Shown: positions 18,988-28,190 of the stretch, piece by piece
Layout of the letters: the number at the start of each line of letters is the position of its first letter
Position numbering within the stretch: position 1 is the first letter of the stretch
Assembly: GCA_965205265.1 (NCBI GenBank)
Contig: CBDBGH010000003.1
Span: 4,064,001 to 4,128,000 of the forward strand
Reading direction: 5' to 3'
DNA: 64,000 nucleotides
Source of the DNA: Alphaproteobacteria bacterium
GTDB taxonomy: Bacteria > Pseudomonadota > Alphaproteobacteria > Bin95
Program-made: the position numbers and the translations under genes
Notes under the pieces: model-generated
The model's input: the letters and a program-made list of their open reading frames with translations, nothing else
Database searches by the model: none
Told to the model about the DNA's origin: nothing

Positions 18988-19767
18988 CTAGCGGTGCTGC
19001 CAGACGGGCTCGCGCTTGGCGATGAAGGCATCGACGCCTTCCTCGGCGTCGCGCATCTCCATGTTCGCCGCGATGACGCCGCTGGTATAGTCGTAGGCTT
19101 CGTCCAGCCCCATTTCGAGCTGGCGGTAGAAGGCTTCCTTGCCGATCTTCACCACCGCGCCCGACTTGCCGGCGATCTTCGCGGCAAGCGCCTGCGTCTC
19201 GGCCCTGAGCCCGGCCGCGGGCACGACCCGGTTGACGAGGCCGAAACGCCGCGCCGTCTCCGCGTCCATGAGCTCGCCCGTCAGCAGCATCTCCATGGCG
19301 TGCTTGCGCGACACCGCGCGCGACAGCGCCACCATCGGCGTGGAGCAGAACAGCCCGATATTGACGCCGGGCGTGGCGAAGCGGGCGTCCTCGCTCGCCA
19401 CGGCAAGGTCGCAGCTTGCGACGAGCTGGCAGCCGGCGGCGGTCGCGATGCCGTGGACGCAGGCGATCACGGGCTGGGGCTGGCGCACGATGCGCGTCAT
19501 CAATGCGCTGCATTCGGCGAACAGCAGGTCGTAGAAGGCGCGGTCGGGCGTGCCGCGGATTTCCTTCAGGTCGTGCCCGGCGCAATAGCCGGGGCCGTTG
19601 GCGGCGATCACCACGGCGCGCACCGAGCGGTCCTGGCCGATCTCCTCCAGCGCCGAGGACAGCGCCGCGATCATCGGGCGGGACAGCGCATTGCGCTGCG
19701 CCGGCCGGTTCAGGGTCAGCGTGGCGACGGCGTCCGCATCGTCGCGCAACAGGATCGGTTCGCCCAT
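18988..19767 (-). CDS. Enoyl-CoA hydratase (ECHDC3-like)
   Basis: CAGHDLKE, GIATAAGCQLVASCDLA, FATPGVNIGLFCSTP. Confidence 0.92.
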   Translation of the reverse strand: MGEPILLRDDADAVATLTLNRPAQRNALSRPMIAALSSALEEIGQDRSVRAVVIAANGPGYCAGHDLKEIRGTPDRAFYDLLFAECSALMTRIVRQPQPVIACVHGIATAAGCQLVASCDLAVASEDARFATPGVNIGLFCSTPMVALSRAVSRKHAMEMLLTGELMDAETARRFGLVNRVVPAAGLRAETQALAAKIAGKSGAVVKIGKEAFYRQLEMGLDEAYDYTSGVIAANMEMRDAEEGVDAFIAKREPVWQHR

Positions 19768-19805
19768 CGGTTCGGTCTCCCGTGCTGCAAACGGGCCGCG
19801 GCTCG

Positions 19806-19833
19806 TTGACAGGCGCGCGCATGCCGCTATGTT
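19806..19833 (+). promoter_or_regulatory. sigma70-type promoter of rplM-rpsI
   Basis: TTGACA-N16-TATGTT upstream of rplM. Confidence 0.55.
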
Positions 19834-19867
19834 GCGCCGCCCAAGCCGCTCCAGGGAAGAGTGACGG

Positions 19868-20329
19868 ATGAACACATACTCCGCCAAGCCGGCCGAGGTC
19901 GAGCGGAATTGGTGGCTGATCGACGCCGACGGTCTGGTGCTCGGCCGGCTCGCCTCCATCGTCGCCATGCGGCTGCGCGGCAAGCACAAGGCGCTTTACA
20001 CGCCTCACATCGATTGCGGCGACCATGTCGTCGTCGTCAATGCGGACAAGGTGGCGCTGACCGGCGCGAAGGAAGACGACAAGGTCTATTACCGGCACAC
20101 CGGCTATCCGGGCGGCATCCGCTCGCGGACGGTGCGCGAGCAGCGCGCCCGGCGCCCGGAGCAGATTGTCGTCAAGGCCGTCGAGCGGATGCTGCCCAAG
20201 ACGAAGCTCGGCCGGCAGGTCATCACGAAATTGCATGTCTATGCAGGCCCCGAGCACCGCCACGCCGGCCAGAAGCCCGCGCCGCTCGACATCGCCGCCA
20301 TGAACCCCAAGAACGCCAGGAGGGCCTGA
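19868..20329 (+). CDS. rplM: 50S ribosomal protein L13
   Basis: [31 protein letters not shown]. Confidence 0.98.
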   Translation: MNTYSAKPAEVERNWWLIDADGLVLGRLASIVAMRLRGKHKALYTPHIDCGDHVVVVNADKVALTGAKEDDKVYYRHTGYPGGIRSRTVREQRARRPEQIVVKAVERMLPKTKLGRQVITKLHVYAGPEHRHAGQKPAPLDIAAMNPKNARRA

Positions 20330-20334
20330 AGGCC

Positions 20335-20829
20335 ATGGCCGAGGACACCCGCACGCTTGCCGACCTGAAGCAGGTCCTCGAAGGCGAGGAGGCGCCCGAG
20401 CGCCCGGCCCCGGCCGCCCCGGCGGCGCCGGAGATCGACAATTTCGGGCGGGCCTATGCCACAGGCAAGCGCAAGGAGTCGGTGGCGCGCGTCTGGATCC
20501 GCCCCGGCGCCGGCCGGGTGACGGTGAACGGCAGGCCGGAGGACACCTATTTCCCGCGGCCGACCCACCGGATGCTGATCGCCCAGCCCTTCGCAGCGGT
20601 CAACCGCACGAACCAGTACGATGTCATCTGCACGGTGCGCGGCGGCGGCCAGTCCGGCCAGGCCGGCGCGGTGCGCCACGGCATCGCCAAGGCGCTCACC
20701 TGCTTCGAGCCGGGCCTGCGCCCGGCGCTCAAGCAGGGCGGGTTCCTGACCCGCGATGCGCGCCGCGTCGAGCGCAAGAAATACGGCAAGCCGAAAGCGC
20801 GGCGCAGCTTCCAGTTCTCGAAGCGCTAG
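20335..20829 (+). CDS. rpsI: 30S ribosomal protein S9
   Basis: [31 protein letters not shown]. Confidence 0.98.
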   Translation: MAEDTRTLADLKQVLEGEEAPERPAPAAPAAPEIDNFGRAYATGKRKESVARVWIRPGAGRVTVNGRPEDTYFPRPTHRMLIAQPFAAVNRTNQYDVICTVRGGGQSGQAGAVRHGIAKALTCFEPGLRPALKQGGFLTRDARRVERKKYGKPKARRSFQFSKR

Positions 20830-20877
20830 CGCGCGGCCCGTTCGGGTTGCAGCGAGGCCGAGTGCGCAACCCCGAAT

Positions 20878-20980
20878 GTCACCCCGGACGGAGCGAAGCG
20901 GAGATCCGGGGTCCAGGTGATCGAGGTCTCCGCCGGGTTGCGCCGGCGGCGCTGGGCCCCGGCTCGGGGGCCGGGGCGAC
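20878..20980. repeat. REP doublet between rpsI and argC
   Basis: GTCACCCCGGACGGAGCGAAGCGGAGATCCGGGGTCCA ... TGGGCCCCGGCTCGGGGGCCGGGGCGAC; last 20 bp identical to 18930-18949. Confidence 0.7.
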
Positions 20981-21031
20981 AATAAACGAGGCCGGCGCGG
21001 GGGGCCGCGCCGAAGGCAAGGGAGAGCTCCC

Positions 21032-22081
21032 ATGCCCCAGATGGGAAACCGGGCCCGGGCGGCGATCCTGGGCGCGAGCGGCTATACCGGCGCGGAGCTG
21101 ATCCGCCTGCTGGCCCGCCATCCGCATATCGAGATCCGCACGCTGACCGCCGACCGGCGCGCGGGCGAGCCCTTCGGCCGGGTGTTCCCGCATCTGGCCG
21201 CGCTCGGCCTGCCGGACCTGGTGCGCATCGAGGATGTGGATTTCGGCGCCCATGACATCGTGTTCTGCTGCCTGCCGCACGGCACGACGCAGGAAACGGT
21301 GGCGGCGCTGCCGGAGCATCTGAAGGTGGTGGACCTGTCGGCGGATTTCCGCCTGGCCGACATCGGGACCTATGCGGAATGGTACGGCCATGCCCACCGG
21401 GCGCCGGAGCTGCAGAAGAGCGCGGTTTACGGGCTGACCGAGATCAAGCGCGGGCAGGTGGCGCGCGCGCGGCTGGTCGCCAATCCGGGCTGCTACCCGA
21501 CAAGCGCGCAGCTGCCGCTGGTCCCGCTCATCGAGGCGGGCGCGGTCGAGGCCCGCAACATCATCGTGGACGCGAAGTCGGGCGTCACCGGCGCCGGGCG
21601 GTCGCTCCGCGAGGACATCCTGTTTCCCGAGGTGCAGGACGGCATCCACGCCTATGGCATCGGCAGGCACCGCCATGCGCCGGAGATCGAGCAGGGGCTC
21701 GGCGAGGCGGCCGGCGCGCCCGTCACGGTCAGCTTCACGCCGCATCTGGCGCCGATGAACCGGGGCATCCTCTCCACCATCTATGTCGAGCTTGCCAATG
21801 GCGAGACGGCGGACGGGCTGAGGGACCGGCTCCGGGCGCGCTATGCGGATGAGCCCTTCGTGCATGTGCTGCCCTCCGGCGCGCCGGCGACCCGCCATGT
21901 GCGCGGCACCAACCGCTGCGATATCGGCGTGGCGGCGGACCGCGCGCCGGGCCGGGCGATCCTGGTTTCGGCCATCGACAACCTCGTCAAGGGCGCATCC
22001 GGCCAGGCCGTGCAGAACATGAACGCCATGCAGGGCTGGGAGGAGACGACGGGGCTCGAGCTGGAAGCCATGTATCCGTGA
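21032..22081 (+). CDS. argC: N-acetyl-gamma-glutamyl-phosphate reductase
   Basis: GASGYTGAEL, DLSADFRL, ANPGCYPT, DNLVKGASGQA. Confidence 0.97.
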   Translation: MPQMGNRARAAILGASGYTGAELIRLLARHPHIEIRTLTADRRAGEPFGRVFPHLAALGLPDLVRIEDVDFGAHDIVFCCLPHGTTQETVAALPEHLKVVDLSADFRLADIGTYAEWYGHAHRAPELQKSAVYGLTEIKRGQVARARLVANPGCYPTSAQLPLVPLIEAGAVEARNIIVDAKSGVTGAGRSLREDILFPEVQDGIHAYGIGRHRHAPEIEQGLGEAAGAPVTVSFTPHLAPMNRGILSTIYVELANGETADGLRDRLRARYADEPFVHVLPSGAPATRHVRGTNRCDIGVAADRAPGRAILVSAIDNLVKGASGQAVQNMNAMQGWEETTGLELEAMYP

Positions 22082-22608
22082 GGGGCAGGGTTCTGCCCTA
22101 TCGGGGCATCTGGCCGAAGCTCGGCGAGGATGTTTTCGTGGCGCCGGGCGCGGTGGTGGTCGGCGATGTCGAGATCGGGGCGGGCGCCAGCATCTGGTAC
22201 AACGCCGTGGTGCGCGGCGATGTCGGCCGCATCCGCATCGGCGCGGGCACGAATATCCAGGACGGGACGGTGGTGCATGTCACCGGCGGCGCCTTCGACA
22301 CGGTAATCGGCGAGGAGGTGCTGGTCGGCCACCGCTGCATGATCCATGGCTGCCGGCTGGAGGACCGCGCCTTCATCGGCATGAGCGCGACGGTGCTGGA
22401 CGGCTGCGTGGTGGAAGGCGATGCGATGCTCGCGGCCGGCTCCCTGCTCGCGCCCGGCAAGCGCATTCCGGCCGGCGAGCTCTGGGCCGGCATGCCCGCG
22501 AAGAAGATGCGCGACCTCGACCCCGCGGCGCTGGAAGGCTTCCGCCGCCAGGTCGCCCACTACGCCCGCAACGCCCAGCTCCACCGCGAGTCGCTGAAGG
22601 ACCTGTAA
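22078..22608 (+). CDS. Gamma carbonic anhydrase family protein
   Basis: Hexapeptide repeats, RGD, NIQD, GH...HGC. Confidence 0.92.
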   Translation: MRGRVLPYRGIWPKLGEDVFVAPGAVVVGDVEIGAGASIWYNAVVRGDVGRIRIGAGTNIQDGTVVHVTGGAFDTVIGEEVLVGHRCMIHGCRLEDRAFIGMSATVLDGCVVEGDAMLAAGSLLAPGKRIPAGELWAGMPAKKMRDLDPAALEGFRRQVAHYARNAQLHRESLKDL

Positions 22609-22730
22609 ACAGCGTCCCGCCTCATGGCGTCGGCGAGGAACGCCTCCTCGTCCAGGCCCGCGGTGTAGCTCGCGATCGCCTCAGCCGATTCCGCTATATC
22701 CTGCAGCGCGAACAGCGGGTCACGCGGCAT
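22602..22730 (-). pseudogene. Truncated HEPN (DUF86/HepT) toxin
   Basis: MPRDPLFALQDIAESAEAIASYTAGLDEEAFLADAMRRDAVY, then runs into the antisense of gamma-CA; overlaps MNT stop; no RxxxxH motif. Confidence 0.8.
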
Positions 22731-23031
22731 ACACGGTCTCCCGCGACAGGTCGATATAGGCCTGCATGCGCGGACGCCGGACCGTCCCCATCCGGACCAG
22801 ATCGACCCTGCGCCCAAGGGTTTCGGCCAGGTCGGCCCGGAGACCCATGAAACGGTCGAACAGACCCGGCTGGAGCGGCGGCTGGAACTCGACGAGGAAG
22901 TCGGCGTCGCTTGTTTCCGGGTCGAAATCCGTCCCTCTGGCGGCCGAGCCGAACAGGTCGAGCCGCTGCACGCCGTAGCGGCGGCAGATGCGCGCGATCT
23001 CGTCTTTCCTGTCTGCGATCTCGGCGTGCAT
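22720..23031 (-). CDS. Minimal nucleotidyltransferase (MNT) antitoxin
   Basis: LFGSAARG.DF....SDADFLV, LGRRVDLV. Confidence 0.9.
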   Translation of the reverse strand: MHAEIADRKDEIARICRRYGVQRLDLFGSAARGTDFDPETSDADFLVEFQPPLQPGLFDRFMGLRADLAETLGRRVDLVRMGTVRRPRMQAYIDLSRETVYAA

Positions 23032-23392
23032 GGTCCCAGCTTTTCGGTTGCCTGCGCCGCCCCGGGGTGGAGCCGTCAGCTTAACACGGATGGCAGGCCC
23101 GCAGCACGCATTTCCCCGGGAAGACCGCATGTCCAAAGCCAGCCGACTCCCTGTCCGTGCCCGGCAGGCACATCCCGAAAGGCGAGCTCCGGGCCGGCAT
23201 GCCCGCGAAGAAAATGCGCGACCTCGACGCGGCCGCGCTGGAAGGCTTCCGCCGCCAGGTCGCCCACTACGCCCGCAACGCCCAGGTCCACCGCCAGTCG
23301 CTGAAGGACCTGTAGGCGGCCATTGCCTTCCGGCCGGCGCTGATTCATGCTGCCGCGGTCCCGACAGACGAGGCGGTGCGGCGGTGGCGGAC

Positions 23393-24064
23393 ATGCTGAG
23401 ACCGGAGGATATCAGAGACCGGCCGGCCTATACGGTTCCGGAAGCGGCGGGCTATCTGAAAATGCCTGCGCCGACACTCCGGTCGTGGGTGCAGGTTGTC
23501 GACCGCCCCGATGTGCGCCGAAACACTGGCCCGGACCTGCTGATCGAGCCCGCTTGCGACAGCCCCTTGCGCCTTTCCTTCAACAATCTTGTCGAGTGCT
23601 ATACGCTTCGCGCACTTAGAACAAAGCACGGAGTATCGATACGGTCTGCAGTTATCGCCAAGGAAACGGCAAAAAAAGCGTGCAGGGAGGAAAGGCTGTT
23701 TCTGAGCGATCGATTGACGACAGACGCTGGCGAAATCTTTCTTGAAAAATATGGAGAACTTACCAATGTCACCAAGTCCGGCCAGCTTGCCATGAAGGCG
23801 ATATTGCAGGAATTGTTGAAATCGATCGATCGGGATGAGTTTCGCCTTCCCAAAAGATTGTATCCCGTCGATGGAGAAAACAGGATCATTGCTATCGATC
23901 CATACGTAGCGTTCGGCCGACCGGTTATTTCCTGCCGTGGAATTTCAACCGGCACAATTGTTGCGCGTTTGGATACAAATGAGACGGAAGAGGAAATTGC
24001 CGATGATTACGATTTGACATTGGAGGATGTCAGGCAAGCGGCAATTTACGAAAGAGCCGCCTGA
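23393..24064 (+). CDS. HTH + DUF433 protein (VapB45-like antitoxin)
   Basis: AYTVPEAAGYL..P.PTLRSW, LSFNNLVE, IDP.VAFGRPVI...IADDYDL; AT-richer than flanks. Confidence 0.85.
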   Translation: MLRPEDIRDRPAYTVPEAAGYLKMPAPTLRSWVQVVDRPDVRRNTGPDLLIEPACDSPLRLSFNNLVECYTLRALRTKHGVSIRSAVIAKETAKKACREERLFLSDRLTTDAGEIFLEKYGELTNVTKSGQLAMKAILQELLKSIDRDEFRLPKRLYPVDGENRIIAIDPYVAFGRPVISCRGISTGTIVARLDTNETEEEIADDYDLTLEDVRQAAIYERAA

Positions 24065-24157
24065 GTGTGATATTCTTTGGGACTTATGTGGACAGATGGA
24101 CGATAGGCTTGCGAGGCTTTGCGTTTTCTCTCCAGCTTCATGCCCGGCCCCCATATC

Positions 24158-24243
24158 GTCATACCCGGACTTGTTCCGGGTATCTCCTGCCACCGCGGCC
24201 GCCGGACGGCCGCATGGATACCCGGAACAAGTCCGGGTATGAC
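24158..24243. repeat. REP doublet (GTCATACCCGGACTTGTTCCGGGTAT...ATACCCGGAACAAGTCCGGGTATGAC)
   Basis: Same family as 18530-18615 and 32286-32371. Confidence 0.85.
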
Positions 24244-24411
24244 GGAAGGGGTGAGGTGCGACGGAAGAAATGTCGTTGATTCCCCGTCAACTATCTTTGT
24301 AATCCCCTATCCGGACAGCAGGTGATCGCCTCCTGCGTCTTTGACCGCGGCGGATGACGCGCCTTATCGTGTGCGGACCGAAATCCCCCGAACCGGAGGA
24401 AGGGACGCCCC

Positions 24412-25107
24412 ATGCCCGCCACCACGCCCGAAGTGAAGGCCGCCCTGGAGACCATTTTCGCAACGGACTCCGAGATCTACCGGGAGCGCGGCTTCCAGCG
24501 CCGCATCGGCTACGGCACGCGCCCCGCGCTGCTGGTCATCGACATGGCCAATGCCTGGACCCGGCCGGGCTATCCCTTCACCTGCGACAACATGGAGGAG
24601 ATCGTCCCCGCCAACCGGGCGCTGCTGGCCGCGGCGCGGGAGAAGCGGATTCCCGTCGTCTTCACCTCCACCGCCTACCGCAACCCGGCCGGGCCGCACC
24701 CGGACACGGGCCTCTGGCACCTGAAGATCCCGACCGAAACCCTGCTCGAAGGCTCGGAGGCCGCCGCCATCGACGACCGCCTTGCGCCCGAACCCGGCGA
24801 GCAGGTGATCCTGAAGAAGCGGGCGAGCGCCTTCCACGGCACCTGGCTCGCCGGCTATCTGCGCGCGCAGCGGGTGGACACGGTCATCGTCACGGGCGTC
24901 ACCATGGCGGGCTGCGTGCGCCACAGCGTCGAGGACGCCATCGCCGACGGCTTCCGCCCCATCGTGGTGCGCGAGGCGGTGGGCGACCGGGTGCCGGGCG
25001 CGGTGGAGTGGAACCTCTTCGACATCGACGCCAAATTCGGGGATGTGGAGCCGCTGGAAGCCGTGCTCGCCTATCTGAACGACCTGCCGGCGCTCGCCAA
25101 CGACTGA
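24412..25107 (+). CDS. Isochorismatase-family cysteine hydrolase (maleamate / N-carbamoylsarcosine amidase-like)
   Basis: PALLVID, KKRASAFHGT, GVTMAGCVR. Confidence 0.9.
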   Translation: MPATTPEVKAALETIFATDSEIYRERGFQRRIGYGTRPALLVIDMANAWTRPGYPFTCDNMEEIVPANRALLAAAREKRIPVVFTSTAYRNPAGPHPDTGLWHLKIPTETLLEGSEAAAIDDRLAPEPGEQVILKKRASAFHGTWLAGYLRAQRVDTVIVTGVTMAGCVRHSVEDAIADGFRPIVVREAVGDRVPGAVEWNLFDIDAKFGDVEPLEAVLAYLNDLPALAND

Positions 25108-25119
25108 GCCCGGCGCGGC

Positions 25120-25518
25120 ATGGGCGCGGGGGCTGCGATGACCGGCGTGCGCTGGGCCGGCTTCCTTCCGGCAGCGCTGCTGTGGCTGCCCCTCGGCGTT
25201 GCGGCGTTGCTGCTGGCGCGGATATTCCCGCTGCCGGTCGATGCCGGGCAATGGTGGGTGCCGGTCGCCGCCATGCCCTGCGGCCTGCCGCTGGCCGGGG
25301 CGTGGCTGGCGCTCCGCCGCGCCGGGTGGCGGGGCACGGCATGGGCGGTCGCAATACCGCTCGGCGCGCTCACCGCCCCGGCCGCGCTCGCCGGCAGCGT
25401 GTCGGGGCCCTGGAGCATGGCCTGCTACGCCGTCCTGCTCAGCCTGCCGGCCTGGTCGGCCTACGGCGCGCTCCGCCGCCTGGACGCGGTCCGGCAGGCC
25501 GCCCCTCATCCCGAGTAG
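25120..25518 (+). CDS. Small hypothetical membrane protein
   Basis: About 4 hydrophobic segments, directly follows the hydrolase. Confidence 0.55.
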   Translation: MGAGAAMTGVRWAGFLPAALLWLPLGVAALLLARIFPLPVDAGQWWVPVAAMPCGLPLAGAWLALRRAGWRGTAWAVAIPLGALTAPAALAGSVSGPWSMACYAVLLSLPAWSAYGALRRLDAVRQAAPHPE

Positions 25519-25964
25519 CGGCGCCTGCCCTGGCCCCTGGCGTGGAGGCGGGCGAGGCGGCGGTCGCGTTCCAGGCCGTGGCGCTTCAGGAAGCGTTGCA
25601 CGGTGACGGCGTGGAACGGGACCCCCTCCGCGGCGAGCGCATCGCGCAACTCGTACATGGTCAACAGCGGGCGCGCCTCGAGGATGCGGAAGATGCGCTC
25701 CCGCTCGCGCTCGATCCGCGAGGCGCTGTCGCCCTGCCTGCCGGGCCGCACATGGCCGCGCTCGCGGAACTGCTGCACCCAGCGGCGGACGCTGACCGGC
25801 CCCAGTCCGAAATGCCGGGCCGCGGCGGCGGCGCTCCAACCGCGCTCGACCACGGCCGCCACCGCCATGCCCCGCAGGTGCTCGCCGACCGCGCGGCCCT
25901 GCTTCAGTTCCGGCAGCCCGCCCGCCGGGCCGCGCTGCGTTCCGCCTGCCGACCGTTTCGTCAT
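25506..25964 (-). CDS. IS630-like N-terminal HTH protein without DDE domain
   Basis: SAAAAARHFGLG..SVRRWV; P.LT..ELRDAL..EGV.....TV.RFL.RHGL; RBS GGAGGA. Confidence 0.7.
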   Translation of the reverse strand: MTKRSAGGTQRGPAGGLPELKQGRAVGEHLRGMAVAAVVERGWSAAAAARHFGLGPVSVRRWVQQFRERGHVRPGRQGDSASRIERERERIFRILEARPLLTMYELRDALAAEGVPFHAVTVQRFLKRHGLERDRRLARLHARGQGRRRYSG

Positions 25965-26317
25965 CGTTCCTCCTTGCCGCCGCGCCGACGCGGCTTTCGT
26001 AAACACCCGCGCCGACGCCGCAACGCCGAAGCCGAATGCAACCGTCCGGCCCGCCCGCCCCCGCGCCGCGCTCTCCGCAGGGAACAGGCCGGATGCAACC
26101 TGCCGCCCTGTCCGCCACCGCCGCGCCGCCCTTCCAGCGCAGAAGCCGTACGCCGCAAAACGCCGCGCGGGCGCACTTCCCCCGTTCGCTGCCCGGAGGA
26201 CAGCCGGCCCGCATTCGCCAGGGCGCGACCGGTGCGGGGGCTTGCGCGCGCCGCAGCGGTCCGCCGGATTGTCAGGTCCAGATCATGCCTTCCCTGGTTT
26301 CCCCGAAGAGAGAATGG

Positions 26318-26350
26318 AAACATATATAGAACAATCGCGGACAATGTCAA
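26318..26350 (-). promoter_or_regulatory. sigma70-like promoter overlapped by an alphaproteobacterial LexA-like box
   Basis: Minus strand TTGACA-N16-TATATA; GTTC-N7-GTTT (one mismatch from GTTC-N7-GTTC) covers the -10. Confidence 0.5.
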
Positions 26351-26444
26351 GCCCGGAACGGGGCCGTCTTCCAGGCGATTGACCGCCCGTGAAACGCCGC
26401 TACGCTGATCCCGGCCCAAGAGCATCATGGGGAGGACGCCGCTC

Positions 26445-27554
26445 ATGCAGACCCGCGCCGCCGTAGCCCTGGAAGCCGGCAAGCCGCTCAGCATCGAAAC
26501 CGTGGAACTCGACGGCCCGCGCGAGGGCGAGATCCTGGTGGAGATCAGGGCGACCGGCGTTTGCCACACCGACGCCTACACGCTCTCCGGCGCCGACCCG
26601 GAGGGGCTGTTCCCCGCCATTCTCGGCCATGAGGGGGCGGGCGTGGTCGTCGATACCGGACCCGGCGTCACCTCGCTCAAGCCGGGCGACCATGTGATCC
26701 CGCTCTACACGCCGGAATGCCGCCAGTGCAAATTCTGCCTCTCCGGCAAGACCAATCTCTGCGTCGCGATCCGCGAGACCCAGGGCCAGGGCCTGATGCC
26801 GGACGGCACCAGCCGCTTCTCCATCGGCGGGGAGAAGCTGTTCCACTATATGGGCACCTCGACCTTCTCCAACCACACCGTCATGCCGGAGATCGCGGCG
26901 GCGAAGATCCGCGGGGACGCGCCCTTCGACAAGGTGTGCCTGATCGGCTGCGGCGTCACCACGGGCCTGGGTGCGGTGCTGAACACGGCGAAGGTGGAGC
27001 CGGGCGCCAATGTCGTCGTGTTCGGGCTCGGCGGCGTCGGGCTTTCCGTCATCCAGGGGGCGAGGCTCGCCGGCGCCAACATGATCGTCGGCGTCGACAT
27101 CAACCCTGCCAAGGCCCCGCGCGCCGAGCGTTTCGGCATGACCCATTTCGTCAACCCGAAGGAGGTCGAGGGCGACCTCGTGCCCTATCTGGTGGACCTC
27201 ACCGGCGGCGGCGCGGACTATTCCTTCGAGTGCATCGGCCTGGTCGAGACCATGCGCCAGGCGCTGGAATGCGCCCATCGAGGCTGGGGCGAAAGCATCA
27301 TCATCGGCGTGGCGGGCGCGGGCCAGGAAATCTCCACCCGCCCGTTCCAGCTCGTGACCGGGCGGGTCTGGCGCGGCACCGCCTTCGGCGGCTTCAAGGG
27401 CCGGCGCGACGTGCCGAAGATCGTGGACTGGTACATGGACGGCAAGGTCGAGATCGACGACATGGTGACCCACACCATGGGCCTCGACGCGATCAACGAC
27501 GCCTTCGACCTCATGCATGAAGGCAAGTCGATCCGCAGCGTCATCCATTTCTGA
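26445..27554 (+). CDS. frmA: S-(hydroxymethyl)glutathione dehydrogenase / class III alcohol dehydrogenase
   Basis: [23 protein letters not shown], four Zn Cys, RPFQLVTGR. Confidence 0.96.
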   Translation: MQTRAAVALEAGKPLSIETVELDGPREGEILVEIRATGVCHTDAYTLSGADPEGLFPAILGHEGAGVVVDTGPGVTSLKPGDHVIPLYTPECRQCKFCLSGKTNLCVAIRETQGQGLMPDGTSRFSIGGEKLFHYMGTSTFSNHTVMPEIAAAKIRGDAPFDKVCLIGCGVTTGLGAVLNTAKVEPGANVVVFGLGGVGLSVIQGARLAGANMIVGVDINPAKAPRAERFGMTHFVNPKEVEGDLVPYLVDLTGGGADYSFECIGLVETMRQALECAHRGWGESIIIGVAGAGQEISTRPFQLVTGRVWRGTAFGGFKGRRDVPKIVDWYMDGKVEIDDMVTHTMGLDAINDAFDLMHEGKSIRSVIHF

Positions 27555-27582
27555 GGCGCGGGCGGGCGGAGGGCGGAATGCG

Positions 27583-28089
27583 ATGAAGACGCTGCTGCTG
27601 CTCCGCCATTCCAAGGCGGGCGTCGGCGCGCCGGACCGGGACCGGGGGCTGACCGGACGGGGCCGCCGCCAGGCCGCCGCCGCCGGGCGCTATCTCGCCG
27701 CCGAGGACCTCCTGCCCGATCTGGTGATCTGCTCGGACGCAAGGCGCACGCGCGAAACGCTGGACGGCCTCGCGCTAAGGCACGGCCCGGCGGTGCAGTT
27801 CGCGCCGGAGCTCTATGACGGCCATGTGCCGCAATTGCTGGACCTCGTTCGCGGGATCGAAGACGCCGGCGTCGCGCGGGTGCTGGTGGTCGGCCACAAC
27901 CCGACGATCTCCGATGCCGGCCGCTGGCTCGCGCGCGAGGGCGATCCGGCGGCGCTCTCCCGGCTCGGGCTCGGCATGCCGACTTCCGGGCTCGCCGTGC
28001 TGAAATTCGCGGCCGCGGACTGGCGCGCGGTCGGCGCGGGCACGCTCGCCCGGCTGCTGCGCCCGGCGGATTATCCTGAGGCCGGCTGA
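27583..28089 (+). CDS. SixA-type histidine phosphatase
   Basis: LLLLRHSKA, DR.LT.RG, VVGHNP. Confidence 0.88.
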   Translation: MKTLLLLRHSKAGVGAPDRDRGLTGRGRRQAAAAGRYLAAEDLLPDLVICSDARRTRETLDGLALRHGPAVQFAPELYDGHVPQLLDLVRGIEDAGVARVLVVGHNPTISDAGRWLAREGDPAALSRLGLGMPTSGLAVLKFAAADWRAVGAGTLARLLRPADYPEAG

Positions 28090-28190
28090 AGGCGGCGGGG
28101 GGCGGGCGGTCGCCGCCTATCGCACAGGTCTTTCGCCGGCGCCGCAAAGCCTCTAAGGTCCCGGCAGCTGTAAACCGAGGGAGGCTCTAC

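Larger units (their letters stand above)
22435..23315 (+). repeat. About 174-bp imperfect direct repeat of the gamma-CA 3' end (22435-22608 and 23142-23315)
   Basis: Both copies read ...GMPAKKMRDLD.AALEGFRRQVAHYARNAQ.HR.SLKDL-stop. Confidence 0.9.

Noticed and set aside
24275-24291. GTTGA-N7-TCAAC palindrome upstream of the isochorismatase gene
   Set aside because: Only 5-bp arms, single occurrence, no adjacent regulator; too weak to call.
25506-25964. Complete IS630 element
   Set aside because: No DDE frame, frameshift continuation, terminal repeats or TA duplication recognised.
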